A stretch of 64,000 nucleotides of DNA from Mobula hypostoma (GCF_963921235.1 NC_086097.1:46998001-47062000); one strand, 5' to 3'; numbered from the stretch's first letter, positions 37,099 through 50,982 are shown. A program made the numbers and translations. Notes: generated from the letters alone by a model not told the origin.

Positions 37099-38408
37099 AT
37101 AAGAACATATGAACATAAGAAATAGGAGCAGGAATAGGCCATCCTTCCCATTGAGCCTGCCCCGCCATTCAGTAAGATCATGGTTGATCTGTCCGTAAAC
37201 TCAGCTCCATCTACCTGCCTTTTCCCCATAACCCTTAATTCTCTTACTATGTAAAAACCTATCTAACTGTTTCTTAAATATTTTTTAGTGAGGAAGGCTC
37301 AACTGCTTCCCTGGGCAGAGAATTCCACAGATTTACTACTCTCTGGGAAAAACAGTTTCTCCTCATCTCCATCCTAGATCCTCTCCCCTGAATCTTGAGG
37401 CAATGCCTCCTAGTTCTAGTCTCACCTACCAATGGAAACAACTTTCCTACTTCTATCTTATCTAACCCTTTCAAAATTTTGTACGTTTCTATAAGATTCC
37501 ATCTCATTCTTTTGAACTCCAGAGAGTATAGTCCCAGGCAACACAATCTCTCCTCATAGGTTAACCCCGTCATCCCTGGAATCAACCTGGTGAACCTCCT
37601 CTGCACTGCCTCCAGAGCCAGTATATCCTTCCTCAAGTATGGAGACCAGAACTGCACACAGTATTCCAGGTGCGGACTCACCAGTACCCTGTATCGTTGC
37701 AGTATGACCTGCCTGCTCTTGAATTCAATCCCTCTAGCAATGAAGGCCAACATTCCGTTTGCCTTCTTAATAACTTGTTGTACCTGCAAGCCAACTTTTT
37801 GCGATTCATGGACAAGTACTCCCAAGTTCTTCTGCATAACAGCATGCTGCAATCTTTAAATAATACTCTGCTCTTCTATTATTCCTTCCAAAGTGGATGA
37901 TCTTGCATTTACTAGCGTTGTATTCCATCTGCCAGACCTTGGCCCGCTCACTTAACCTATCTATATCCCTCTGCAGACTCTCCACATCCTCTGTACAATA
38001 TTGTTTTTCCACTCAGTTTAGTGTCATCAGCAAATTTTGTTACGCTACACTCAGTCCCCTCTTCCAAATCATCAATGTAAATGGCAAACAGCTGCAGGCC
38101 CAGCACCGACCCCTGTGGCACCCCACTGCCAACCAGAGAAACACCCATTTATACCAACTCTCTGCCTTCTATTGGCTAACCAATCCACTATCCATGCCAA
38201 TACACTTCCTCCGACTCCATGCATCCGTACCTTATTTATAAGCCTCTTGTGCGGCACCTTATCGAACGCCTTCTGGAAATCCAAGTATACGGCATCCACC
38301 TGTTCCCCTCTATCCACTGCACTCATTATGTCCTCAAAGAACTCCAGTAAGTTTGTCAAACAGGACCTGCCCTTTCTGAATCCATGCTGTGTCTGTCTAA
38401 TGGAACAT
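37099..38408 (-). mobile_element. CR1 LINE, 5'-truncated
   Basis: [33 protein letters not shown] and HLEYCVQFWSP; tail appears as (cataagaa)n on +. Confidence 0.93.
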
Positions 38409-38409
38409 T

Positions 38410-38720
38410 AGATAATAATCAAGACGATAGGCACGGTAGAGGGCAGTAGGTTGGTGTCAGTCCAGGCTCTGGGTATTGAGGAGTCTGATGGTTTGGGGGA
38501 AGAAACTGTTACTTAGTCTGGTTGTGAGAGCCTGAATGCTTCAGTGCCTTTTGCCAGATGGCAGGAGGGAGAAGAGATTGTATGAGGGGTGTGTGGGGTC
38601 CTTCGTAATGCTGTTTGCTTTACGGATGCAGCACGTGGTGTAAATGTCTGTAATGGTGGGAAGAGAGACCCCAATGATCTTCTCAGCTGACCTCACTATC
38701 CGCTTCAGGGTCTTGCGTGT
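38410..38720 (-). mobile_element. Rex1/Babar-type fragment
   Basis: LKRIVRSAEKIIG..ITKDPTHPSYNLFSLLPSGKR. Confidence 0.8.
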
Positions 38721-39915
38721 CCACAGAATCAAGTGTCTACCCCTCTAACTATCACTATTGTAGTCCTCTTCTTCCCAGTTCCCTTCCAAGCTTCAGTGAC
38801 AGAGAAGCAGTCACTGCGGCTTCCAGCAAGTAGGTGTTTTCAACACCCCTCCTTCCCCACCCCCCCAAACAGTATCCAAAGTGGAATACTTATTGAGGGG
38901 AATGGCCACAAGAGTACTCTGCGCTGGCTGCCCATTTATTTCCTTTCCCTCTTCTGGCAGTCACCCATGTACCTACCTCATGCAATTTGGGGATGACTAT
39001 CTCCCTGTAGCATTCGCATTCTCCTGTTTGAGCTGCAGCACCTGTTCCTTAACACGTTCTCTGAGGAGCTGCAGCTTGTTGTATCTGGTGCAGATGTGGT
39101 TTTTCAGGAGGCTGGATGGCTTCCGGAATTCCAACACCTTGTGCAAAGAACACAACACAGCCCCTGGAGCCATCGTCACTACTCTAACTATGTACTAACA
39201 GGCGAAGAATGAAGAAACTTACCAGATACATACCTCGCTAAAGCTTCCCCACTCGAACACTGGTCCACTCAAAACAGCCATTCTTCTAGTCCCTACCTTG
39301 TTTTTATTTGCCTTTGCTAACAAACTGCTATGTGATTGGGCTTCTGGAAAATGCCGAAAGCCCGCAAGTGCTTCTTTCTCGCTCACGGACTTGAGTTACC
39401 TCCTCTCTCACTCCTGCTGAAAAACTGGAATAATTCTTAACTCTCACTTATGGACCTTACATTTATGTATTTGCTTACTGTTACCCTTTTGCCTTTACTG
39501 AGATGTAGAGTGGAGCAGGTTTGAAATACTCTGAAGGAAGGCAATTAAGGGGGTTGTAAACAAGAAACAGAATTATGAAGTAAATTTTGCATGGCTTTGA
39601 TTTAAAACAGTATCTTGTGTGTGAGCACAGTTATTGGCTCTTTAGAACCTTATGGAGGAAAAACAAGTGATTCAAAAATTGTGAGGAGACAGCGTATTAG
39701 ATTGAAACTAGAGCTAGTAATCAGTTTGGTCGAATTTAATTTAATTTTGAGATTGTTGTCCTGGGGAAAATTCTTGGAAGGAATGAAAATTAAAGTTGAC
39801 CTTGATTCATTTTGGTTATCTAGTACTAGAAGCAAGATCATTTAGATATTTGATAATGCTGAGGTTTTTCTTGCAGTAAAATCTTGGGTTATTACTATAT
39901 ACAGGCAATCCTTAC

Positions 39916-40048
39916 GTTAGTCCTGACGGAGGGTCTCGGCCTGAAACGTCGATTGTGCTTCTTCCTATGGATGCTGCCTGGCCTGCTGCGTTCCACCAGC
40001 ATTTTGTGTGTGTTGGTTGAATTTCCAGTATCTGCAGATTTCCTCGTG
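39916..40048 (+). mobile_element. Penelope terminal-repeat fragment with a mutated hammerhead motif (39919-39954)
   Basis: agtc-CTGACGg-a-gggtctcggcct-GAAA-cg-TC-gatt followed by the shared gatgctgcctggcctgctgcgtt tail. Confidence 0.75.
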
Positions 40049-40434
40049 CCTGCGTTATATTGTGTGGGTTGCAGAAATTTGTCCTTACAGAATGCACAAG
40101 TCAGTATCCAAAAATTTGAGTCATGGAATAAAATTTGCTCTCAGAATTTGTGTGGGGAAAGCAAAGAAGTAAATAGATCAACACTAATTTTTCAACGCAC
40201 TGTTTGTGACGCATACACAGATGACAAGGCTTTTTATTGTTAAGGATCGTGATAGGAAGGCTTTCTAAGAACACAACCTTTCCCTATAAAACAGGTTTAT
40301 TTGTACTGCTGAGATTTACCCACTTAATGCAATATTGGAGAAGATATTTATACATTTTGTTCCTCCTTTTTGTGGTAATTTGTTTTGCTTTTGTGCTGAT
40401 CTTCCCTATATTCCTTCTGAATGCATATTTAATT

Positions 40435-40950
40435 TGTTTATTTAGGAATACAGCACAGAACAGGCCCTTCCAGCCCAACGAGCCGCAGTGCCTATTAATC
40501 CACCTACTGAGGGGGAGGGAACGTCGACTCAGACCATGAGAGGCCTGAGTCGGGCATTTTCATGCCTTACAAAGAGCAGATTGGAAGTCTGTATGGGGCG
40601 CCACTCCTGGCACAGACTAGAGCATTGTGTGATTAAGTGCCTTGCTCAAGGGCACAAACGTGCTGCCACAGCTGAGGCTAGAACTAGCGACCTTGAGATA
40701 ACTAGACGAACGCCTGAACCACTTGGCCACGTGCCCAACACCTATTTAACCATAACCTAATTACAGGACAATTTACAATGCCAAGTTAACCTACTAACCC
40801 ATATGTCTTTGGAATGTGGGAGGAAACTGGAGCACCCCGAGGAAATCCACATGCTCATGGTAAGGACGTGCAGACTCCTTAGAGGATGCCAGAATGGAAT
40901 TTCGAGCTCCAGCATCCCAAGTTGTAATAGCGTCATGCTACTGTAGTACC
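40435..40950 (-). mobile_element. V-SINE (HE1-like), interrupted by a second SINE
   Basis: tttggaatgtgggaggaaactggagcacc core and CR1-like tail. Confidence 0.75.
40509..40738 (-). mobile_element. tRNA-derived SINE with a CORE-like domain
   Basis: Minus strand reads gtggccaagtggtt (A box)...gttctagcc (B-box-like)...cccttgagcaaggcacttaa; TSD cacctact/cacctatt. Confidence 0.7.
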
Positions 40951-43900
40951 CCGAGCAACAATTCCATGAATGCCAGCAGATCCTAATTCTTTCTTGAATT
41001 AGCACTGAATGCTATCTGCATACCCTTTCATGAGATCTTGATCAGATCGACAGCGATAGGGAATAAATGTATTATCTAATTTTCCTGAACTTTAGTCACC
41101 AATTGTAATGCTTTTCATTAACCTGATCAACCTTTACCAAGGTTAATACCAGGTAACTAAGAAAGCTAGCAGGTTGTTATTTATTGATAGGGGAATGGAT
41201 TGCAGGAGTCGGGAGGTTATGCATCAATTGTATATAGTATTGCTGAGACCACACCTGATAGACCAGCTGCAGTATTATTTTCTTTATGGAATGATCTTAA
41301 TCCATCAGAAACAACATTGAATATTTGCTACGCTAATAAAAACTGAAAATACTGGAAACTCATCAAATTGGGAAGCACTTATAGAAAGATTACCAGAGTT
41401 AGCTTCAGGTCAGAGAGCTTCCAACAGACACAAGGTATTAACAGTGATTCTCTTTCTACCTATAGTGCCTGGCTTTGTGTTTCCAACATTTTCTATTCTT
41501 CTTTCAAATCTCCAGGCACCCATTTTTCATTTACTGGACTAATACCTGGAAAGAGCAGGTTGTCTTTTAAGAGGCTGGTCATGCTAGGCTTGTATTTGCA
41601 ATAATGTAAAAGAATTGTTCATGATGTTATGGTGACTTGGTTGAAGCATATCCTGAAGGATCTTGATATGGTAGATGTGGTAAAATGTTTCCTCTTGTGA
41701 GCTAAACTGAAACCTACGGGTCACTGTTTAAATATGTGATTATTTTACTCTGAGGATGTTGAGTCTTTGAAAGGGTGGCAGATGCAGGGCCTTTAAATTC
41801 TTTTAACAGGTAGATATATTGATTCTTAATAAACTAAAGAGTACAAGGCTGTTACAAGGATGTGTGATTAAGGTTACATCTTACGGGGCAGGTTTGAGGG
41901 GCCAAGTGGCTTATTACATCGAATTCGTATGTCTGTGTGTTATGTTCATATTAACAATCATTTCTGGTTGTCCCAGCTCAGCACAAGCCAGAGATCAAAT
42001 CTTATTGTACTGCATCGTATCATTACTAACTGTGTTTTTGTGTGTGAAGTGATTGATGCAACAGATGGTTGACATTTCAGTACTGAGGCAACCCATTTGT
42101 TTTATTTTATTCTCTTGCACAGCAATTTGCAGAATTCTTGGAAACAAAGATTTTTCACAATTAAGTTCAAGTAGATCTTGATAGCATGCTATTTTAGCTG
42201 CACGCTGTTTTGTCTGCCATGCATTGTTGCATAAATTGTTGCACAAATTAATCTGAAATAGTTTTCAATCAGTTGATTTAAAATTTGGAATACTTAAGCT
42301 TCATACTGAAACTGCCTCAGTATGAATTGCAGTATAGTAATAGTATACGCACAAACAGATGCTAATGTTTTCACAGAAAAAGTTGCAAATATTGAAATAC
42401 ATTCTAAATACCTTAAATTTCATTGAATCTAAAAATCATTAAACCTGAAATTTTTGGTGAATTTTGAAAAAGTTTTAAACAGCTTAGAGAAATACGTAAA
42501 TAAATGGTGATTTATGACACTTCTGGGCATGTCTTTTAGAATGAATTCCAGAAAAGAGCATATTTAATATGTATTACAGGTATCCAATAAGAAAATTTCC
42601 AAGTTTTTAAGTGTGCTCAAATTGTAATGTAATGGGTTAGATCAACTAAGTCCTTCAGCAATTGCCAACTGTTTGCCCTCCGGTGAATCTGGGCCATTGC
42701 TACAGTATACTGCACCAAGGGAACTTAATCTTCTCACTTATACATAGGAGGCTACCTCCCATTTCAGCCATACAGATTTACCTCAGCCTTTTCAGTGCGT
42801 TGGATAACTGGCTAGTAAGGGACTGTGAAGGATTCTGACAAAGAATACTGGAGTCATACAGCACAGAATCAGGTCCTTCATACGATCATTGTACTCATTT
42901 ATATGTCTCATCCATCTGTATTTAGTTTGTAGCCTTGTATGTCTTGGCTATTCAAGTGCATGCCTAAATGCTTCATGTATGTCATGAAAGTACCTGCCTT
43001 CATCACTGCCTGAGGGTAGCGCATTCACTCTTCAGTTGAAAAACACTTTCAACCCCCCAATCCTATTCCATATCCTTCGTCTCACCTTGTACTTTTATCC
43101 TCTTGTTTTAGACACACCCAAGGAAAAATATTTTTACTATCTACCCTAAACTTGTAGGGTAAGTAGTTTAGGGTAGATCAGCAAACAATCTGCTAGAGCA
43201 ACTCAGTGGTTCAAGCAGCATCTGTGTGGGAGGGGAAAAAGGAATTGTCAGCGTTGGTTCTGATGCAGGGTTTCTTCAGCAGACTGGCTTAGTCTGGAAC
43301 TTGAATGGTGTTGGGAGGTGGCATGATTACATGTGTGAATGGAAGGGAAGAAATTCACCGCTGAGATTTGATCACATGGGGGGAGGCTATTGTTGCTTAA
43401 GAGTATGAAGCTAGCTGCAGGGTAAATCCCTGCTTTTTCTTAACAAAGCCTTTCTGTTTTGTGATTGATATTTCTTAGGCATGTATGCATGTGAGGCTAC
43501 TCCGCTTCTCTAAAGTGTGCACAGAAGCTTCAAGCTTTTCCATGTTAGTCACTTGGAAGGATCTTGCATTGTATAGAATTACATGTGGCAGCTTGTCTTG
43601 AATGATTAAGTGATATGGCATTCACCAGAGGTTCATTATGCTGAACTTAGTCGGGAACTCTGTTCTCTAGGTAAACAGCGACACAATCCTGTTTTAAATT
43701 TATGTTATTTGCATATGTCTGTAATATGTATATTTAGTTTCAACTTCCTGAGTATTATTTGGTACTATTAATTGAGTCTTGCTTTCATTATTGTAGCTGG
43801 TAGTAGTCTAAAACTGTAATGCTTCATTGCAACTGTAATACTTTTGAATGTATAATTATAGCCCCTCACAATACTATTGACATTTACTAATTTGTTTTAA

Positions 43901-45921
43901 CTATTGTGGATGTGAAGCATAAGCAAGATCCCCCAGGGAATCCTGGTAGCCCTGTCAATAATAAAGAAAATTGGTTAATTTAAATATGAAAACCAGTACC
44001 TTTTCTCACCAGACCATATTGTTACTCATTTTTTGCAGGCTGAGTCATCCAGTATTTCTCTCTTTCTCTTTTAGCCTTTCGTCCAACCTATTCTTACAAG
44101 TTAAGTTTCTGTTGAATTCAGTAACCTGTTAGTACTCCCTAAAACCCTAAATTTCTTGTACTCTGCCTTGCATTTAATCTTGTTTCTGTCATCTTTTGTT
44201 CTGGATTATTTAATCACTGTTTTCATAATTTTAATTGCACTTTCATCTCAAAAGTTCAGACAGTGGGTTAACTTTGGAAATTTTTCTTCACTCTGCAATC
44301 CATTTGTATTTTCCCAATTAACTTAATAGTATAACATGGATTCCAGATTTACATTTTTTCTATTACTTTCTATTAGGTAGTCATACTACTAATACTCTTA
44401 AATATCAAAATATAAAAACACAAGTACATAGTACGATACATCCTACAAACTTTTATTTTCTCGATCACAGTTGCCAACTTTTTATCAAGCTGACTAGCAG
44501 CAATGACATTTGGGAGATTGATGACCAGTGTTTTGGTACAATAAAATCTAACTTAGTTATGACCTGAACCCACAGTTGCATGTACTTTTTTGCATCATGT
44601 TGACAGTGATCAGAAGTAGGAACCTCTATGGAATTTATCTTGTTATACTCTCTTCCTTCAACCCCTCACCCTGCCAACTAAGATGTGCAGGTCTCAATTC
44701 CAGACTCTCTGTCAAATGCTTTGATTGAGTTACTTAAATCAGTACAGATTAGAATTTAAAGATGGAACTCCTAGTTTAATAGCTCCATTATACTTTTTTG
44801 ACAAATGCTTCTGTAAAGACTTGCTGATTCATATTTTCAGACTCTTCAGAAGGAACTGCATTGAAAGCAATATATACTGACAACTTCTGGGAATCTTTCC
44901 CAAGTGCAATTAGAATGTTGATTTTGGAACTTGAAGGTGACATACCCTTTTAGTATAATATTATTTTGTTAAAGATTAATCTGCTTGCTGCATCTAATAA
45001 ATTGTAGTCAGCAAGTTACTGTAGATTTACATATAAAAAATTTTATCTAATTGTATATTTTTTCAAGTAATAACTATCTTATAAAGGAATAGATTTGTTG
45101 ATTTCTGTAGAAAAAATGTTTATAAAGCACTCTGCAATGTTTTAAACTTATTATTTCACAGCAGAATATTACATTTTAGATAATTGTTTTGAATTCATTT
45201 TTGCCAGTTGTGTTTTATCAATTGTAAATACTTGGGATATTAAAACTTCGCATATTAACAACATTTATCAACATTTTATTCTTTTTAATTTTATGACTGG
45301 GTCTCAGTTCCATACATGCTTCAATTCTTATTGTGTTCTTAGTCCTACAATGTAGTTAACAAGAAGAAAGTGAATCCAGTGGTGCTTGTGTGCTATTAAT
45401 CAGCTACCAGACTTTCATTGACCTTCCCTGTATCACAGCTGTATATTTGGGAAGTTACTCCATGTATTATACATGTATTGGTCTCAGTGGTTCTGGCAGC
45501 CCATTTTTAGAACTAAATTGTTCAGTATTGAAATTGTTTTTTCTTTGAATTCAGTCGAAACTAATTTGTAAGCAGGAAGAAACATTACTTTTCAAACTGT
45601 TGATAGAGTTACTAAATTTGTTTTAATACGAGTAGGCGTCGTTTTAATTTTAGAGCATAAAATATCCTTGCATCTTAATAATGCTACCATTAATTAAGCT
45701 CTAGGATTTGGATGACTTCAGAACCCAGTGTTAATTTGGATATAATTGAGGAAATATGCTGTTGAATAGATTTTCTCATATATACTTAATTATAATACAT
45801 AGGCATTTATGGACAGATGAATAAAGGCATACTTATGGTGGATTTCATTTCAGCCTCAAATGCCAGTGTCTGATATCTGTCATCTGTGATTGTTAGTTCT
45901 TCAAAAACTTTATCAATATTT

Positions 45922-46110
45922 TTATTTAGAGATACAGTATGGAATAGGCTCTTCCGGCCCTTTGAGCCATGTCACCCTGAAAGCCCTGATTTAACCCTAA
46001 CCTAATCATGGGACAATTTACAATGACCAATAAACCAACATAGCACTTTGGACTGTGGGAGGAAACTGGAGCACCCAGAGAAAACCCATGTATTCCACAG
46101 GAGGATGTAA
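45922..46110 (-). mobile_element. V-SINE fragment
   Basis: tttggactgtgggaggaaactggagcaccc core and the family tail. Confidence 0.72.
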
Positions 46111-46282
46111 GCGATTCCTTTCACTCTTTGATGTCAGTCATGCCAGTGCAAAACAGGTTTACTTTTGTAGAAGTTAACTGTAAATCGGAAGGGTAAAATT
46201 TTGAGAATTAAATTAGATTGAGTACATCTTGATTCTGAATTCATATGGCAGTTGAAGGTCAACTTTGAGGGTTTAGCATTTA

Positions 46283-47914
46283 CAGTGCCTATAAGAAGCA
46301 TTCACACTTCCTCCCCACCCCCATCCCTGGAAGTTTTCATGTTTTATTGTTTTACAGCATCGAATCACGGTGAATTTAATTTGGCTTTTTTGTCACTGAT
46401 CAACAGAAAAAACTCATGTCAAAGTGAAAACACATCTCTACAAGTTGATCTAAATTATAAATATAAAACACACAATAATTGATTGCATAAGTATTCAACC
46501 CTTTTAATATGACACACCAAATAATCACTGGTAGAGCCAACTGGTTTCAGAAGTTGCATAATTAGTTGAATGGAGATTCGTTTTTGGAGACCTGTTAGTG
46601 TTTCAACTGATTGTAGTAAAAATACACCTGAATCTGGAAGGTCCAACTGCTGGTGAGTCAGTAGCCTGACTACACCACAAAGACAAAAGAACACTCCAAG
46701 CAACTCTGCAAATAGGTTATTGAGAGGCACAAGTCAGGAGATGGGTACAAGAACATTTTAAAGTCACTGAATATCCCTTGGAGTACAATTAAGTTGATCA
46801 TCAAGAAATGGAAAGTATATGGCATATGGCACGCCTGTAAACTGCTTAGACAGGCCGTCCTCAAAAACTGAGTGACCGTGCAAGAAGGGGACTAGTGAAG
46901 AAGGCCACCAAGAGAACTATGTCGACTCTGGAGGAGTTACAGGCTTCAATGGCTGAGATGGGAGAGACTGCACATATGACAATTGTTTCCCGGGTTCTCC
47001 ACCAGTCACAGCTTTATGAGAGAGTGGCAAAGAGAAAACTGCTGTTGGGGGGAAAGAACTCGCATGAAATTTTGGCTGAAATTTGCCAGAAAGTGTGTGG
47101 GAGGCTCTGAAGTCAGCTGGAAGAAAGTTCTATGATCTGATGAAACTAAAATTGAGCTTTTTGGCTATCAGACCAATCACTATGTTTGGCATAAGCCAAA
47201 CACTGCACATCATCAAAAGCATGCCATCCCTACCGTGAAGAATGGTGGTAGCTGCATCATGCTGTGGGGATGCTTCACTGCAGCAGGCTCTGGAAGGCTT
47301 GTGAACGTAGAGGGTAAAATGAAAGCAGTAAAATACAAGAAAATCCTGGAGGAAAATCTGATGCAAGAGAACTGCAGCTTGGGGGAAGATTTGTTTTCCA
47401 ACAAGACAATGACCAAAGCATAAAGCCAAATCTACACAGGAATGTCTTAAAAACAGCAAAGTTAATGTCCTGGAGTGCAAGTCAGAGTACAGACCTCAGT
47501 CCGTTTGAGAATTTGTGGCTGGCCTTAAAAAGGGCTGTTCACTCATGATCCCCATGTAATCTGACAGAGTTTGAGCAGTTTTGTGAAGAAGAATGGGGAA
47601 AAATTGCAGTGTCCAGATGTGCAAAGCTGATAGAGACCTATCCACACAGACTCAAGGCTGTAATTGCTGCCAAAGGTGCATCTACTAAATACTGACTGGA
47701 AGGGGTTGAATACTTGTGCAATCAATTATTTTACGTTTTATATTTCTAATTAAATTAGATCACTTTGTGGAGATGTTTTTTCACTTTGACACGAAAGAGT
47801 TTTTCTGTTGATCAGTGTCAAAAAAGCCAAATTAAATCCACTGTGATTCAATGTTGTGAAACAATAAAACATGAAAACTTCTTTGGGGGGGGGGGATACC
47901 TTTTATAGGCATTG
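46283..47914 (+). mobile_element. Tc1-family transposon, near full length, transposase inactivated
   Basis: TA|cagtgcctata...tataggcattg ends and ~210-bp TIRs. DETKIELFG, GSCIMLWGCF, QQDND and PDL.P.ENLW remnants with frameshifts. Confidence 0.92.
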
Positions 47915-48121
47915 TGCTTTTATTTGATTAAATACAATTTTATACCCCATTTTGGCATTTTCCATACATGCCTTAATATTAAAATATATCACCTCATCCT
48001 CTGTCTTTCCTTATTCTCCTTCAGTTGAACATCTTTCATTATGAAACAAAACTGTAGCCTAAATAATTTGATAGATTTTTTTTATTAATTGTGTTTATAT
48101 TACAATGAGTTGTTGTGGGCA

Positions 48122-48626
48122 CAGGTTTCCCCTGCTATCCGAAGGTAGAACATTCCTATGAAACCATTCGTAAACCGAAATGGCATAAAGCGAAGAAGCA
48201 GTTACCATTAATTTATATGGGGAAAATTTTTGAGTGTTCCCAGACCCAAAAAATAACCTATTAAATCATACCAAATAGCACATAAAACCTAAAATAACAC
48301 TATCATATAGTAAAAGCAGGAATACACAGCCTTTATAAAGTAGAAATAATGTATGTACAGTGTAGTTTCACTTAACAGAATCAGGAAGATTTAGCCAAAA
48401 CTGATTTGTAGAAAAAAATCGACACGTACACGCATGCGCACACACCTGCCCGCACAAGGCTTCACGGTCATGGTAGTCTTTCTCAGGGTAAACACAAGTT
48501 TAAAGCGGGCGCCTTTTTCCGTAAAAGCGAAAATCCTCTTTCGGTTAGCGAAATCAGGTACTAAAGTAGGTCTTTTGTAAAAGCGAAGTGGCGTAAAGGG
48601 AACGTTTGTAAAGCGAGGGAAACCTG
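48122..48626. mobile_element. Tigger/pogo-like MITE, same family as 33152
   Basis: caggtttccc...gggaaacctg|TA; the left ~250 bp matches 33152-33600 and the right end resembles 14560-14652. Confidence 0.8.
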
Positions 48627-49774
48627 TATTCCTAATAAATAAAATCCAAATCAATTTTAAAAGTACTTCAAGGCTGTGGAGATGAGGTTGTTTATTGAGG
48701 AAGTGCAAGTCAACCACACACAGACATTGTACGCCTTGTATATCTTTCATCTTGTTTCAGTATACCTTTTCTCATCAGAACAAAATTAATTTTAAAAGCC
48801 AAGTACAAAGCATATAGCCATATCCTAGATATTAATGGCATCCTTCACATTTAAAGTTCATCTTAACAAATTTTTGGTTAGGTTCTTAAAACTTCAAAAT
48901 TACTAAAAAAAAAGATTCATTTTTAATAGTTTGAAAACTCTGTCTCCCAAGTCAGTACGCTATGAATTTTTTACTTTCCCTCTGAAGGTGTTTTTAATTT
49001 TAGTTTTCTATTTATTGATTATATTTTCCTCCTAAGCCTTGTCTGTTTTTTTTGGTAATGCAAGTTAGTGATCAAAAATGTGTTAATGGTAGCTTTCACA
49101 AACCACCACCTCCGCCCTATTTGTTAATTTTGTTATTTCCTCCACATTTGCAGTTGCAGCTTTTTATCTGATTCAAAAGAGCTTGGGTATTGTTTGTTAA
49201 TCATTGTAAAAGATATTCTTCATAAATTAATGGACTACATTTTGGATTGCAATATTGAGAAACTAAGGAAGTTTTCCAGTTATTTTGAAATAAATTTTTA
49301 TCCAACCATATATGAAATTAAAGTGATTAAGTATTTTCGTCTCAACCTGGCTGTAGATTTTGAGTGATGTTCAAGACCTGCCAGTTTTAGGCATTTTACC
49401 ACTTGGCAACATCATGATCTAGGTTTTTAAAAATTGCTGTGTAACAATTATGTTGTCTCTGTTGAAAGCTAACGATAAATCTATTCAAAATGTGATTACT
49501 GTCAGCTGGTCCAATAGTAATATTCTTCCTAAACAGGAGTAGCTCTCAGCTGGGCAGTGAATTTGTTCAGTGATCATCACGCAGTCAGTATAGGCGACCA
49601 TTTATCCTAGCCACTTGGGTTACGGAAACTTGACCTTGCAGAATTCAAAATTCACGAGCCAAAATTTGTTGTCGGGGAATTTGTCGTAAAAAACACTAAA
49701 TCAACACACAGCAGCACATACAAATGCTGGTGGAACTCAGTAGGTCGAGCAGTATCTATGGAAAGGAATAAAGA

Positions 49775-50210
49775 ATGGACACGAAAGAGAAGCCAAGATG
49801 GTTTGTTGTCCTACAGGTTCTAGGGTCCAGGACGTCTGAAAGGCTGCAGAAGATTTTCAAGAGTGAGGGTGAGCAGCAAGAGGCTATGGTGCACCTTGGC
49901 ACCAATGACATAGGTCAAAAGGGGGAAAAGATCTTGTGCTGTGAGTATGGAGAGTTGGGGAAGAGACTGGAAAGCAGGACATCCAAGGTAGTAATTTCTC
50001 GAGTACACCCAGAACCAAATGTTAGTCAGGACAGGAATAGGATGATAGCACGGAGGATGAGTGGCTGAGGAAGTAGGGTAGGGGCAGGGATTCAAATTTC
50101 TGAGTCATTGAAATCTCTTCTGAGCAAGGTATGACCTGTACAGAAAGGAGGGGTTACATCTGAACCTGAGGGGGATCATATCTTTGTGGCAGTTTTGCAA
50201 GGCCAGAGTG
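49775..50210 (+). mobile_element. CR1 ORF1 SGNH-esterase remnant
   Basis: VHLGTNDIG (GxND block) and LESRTSKVVIS, with a downstream LHLN-like remnant. Confidence 0.7.
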
Positions 50211-50214
50211 AGGA

Positions 50215-50710
50215 ATAGAGGAGCGAAGGGGGAGGGAGAAAATTACTAGAAGTTGGAGAAATCGATAATTCCTATCACCAGGTTGGAGTCTAAGTAAGGT
50301 GTTGCTCTTCCAACCTGAGAGTGGTCTCATTGTGGCGGAAGTGGAGGCCCTAGACTGACTTGGAGTGAGGATAGGAAGTAAAATGGCTGGCCACCGGGAA
50401 ATGTCCATTTTTGTGAATGGAGTGGAAAGGCTTGACAAACTGGTCTACCAATCTACATCGGGTCTCACCACTATAGAGTAGGCTGCATCAGGAGCACTGG
50501 ATTCTGTAGAGGACCACCGTATTTGCAGGTGAAGTGTTGCCTCATCTGGAAGGACTGTCTGGGTGTCTGATGGGAGGTGAGGGAGAAGGTGAATGGGCAG
50601 GTGTTGTCCTTCTGCTTGCAGAGATGAATGTTAGCAGGGAGGTTATTGGGAGGGACGAATGGGCTGGGGAATCATTGAAGGTGTGATTCCTGTGGACTGG
50701 CTGAGTAGGG
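50215..50710 (-). mobile_element. Penelope-like GIY-YIG fragment, decayed
   Basis: Minus-strand remnants resembling YSGETR..L..RF and RLEEQHL...LQP; homologous to 6300-6520. Confidence 0.6.
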
Positions 50711-50982
50711 GGAGAGAATTCTGTTACTTTCATTGCATGAGAAAGCTGGTCAATGATTTTGTTGAGTTGTATCATGTAAGGTTCATTTTAACATAGATGG
50801 CACTTTACCAATTTATTGCATGTATTCAGCCTTTTTCTATAACTGACCCCAGTGATTGCTCTCAAACAATAGTGTTCATCTTTTCTTTTTTTAGCTACAA
50901 CATAAAATGGCTGAAATTTGATTTTTTGAAATAGAGATTCCCTGTAATCTCATAAGAAACTGATTATTTGAAACTTTCCTGG

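Larger units (their letters stand above)
36300..39240 (-). mobile_element. Older CR1 5'/ORF1-region remnant split by insertions at 37099-38720
   Basis: Minus-strand VHIGTNDIG-type motif near 36970-36995 and HICTRY..LQLLRERVKE near 39000-39100; the flanks join across the insert (ttcacgtc / gtccacagaatc). Confidence 0.55.

Noticed and set aside
44834..44870. ttttcag followed by actcttcagaagg as MARK3 exon 4 (LFR...)
   Set aside because: The phase is off by one base and the sequence does not continue as EVRIMK.
49775..50068. Cellular SGNH/GDSL esterase gene
   Set aside because: Decayed and lacking exon structure; it matches the esterase domain known from CR1 ORF1, and a similar motif occurs in the CR1 remnant near 36980.
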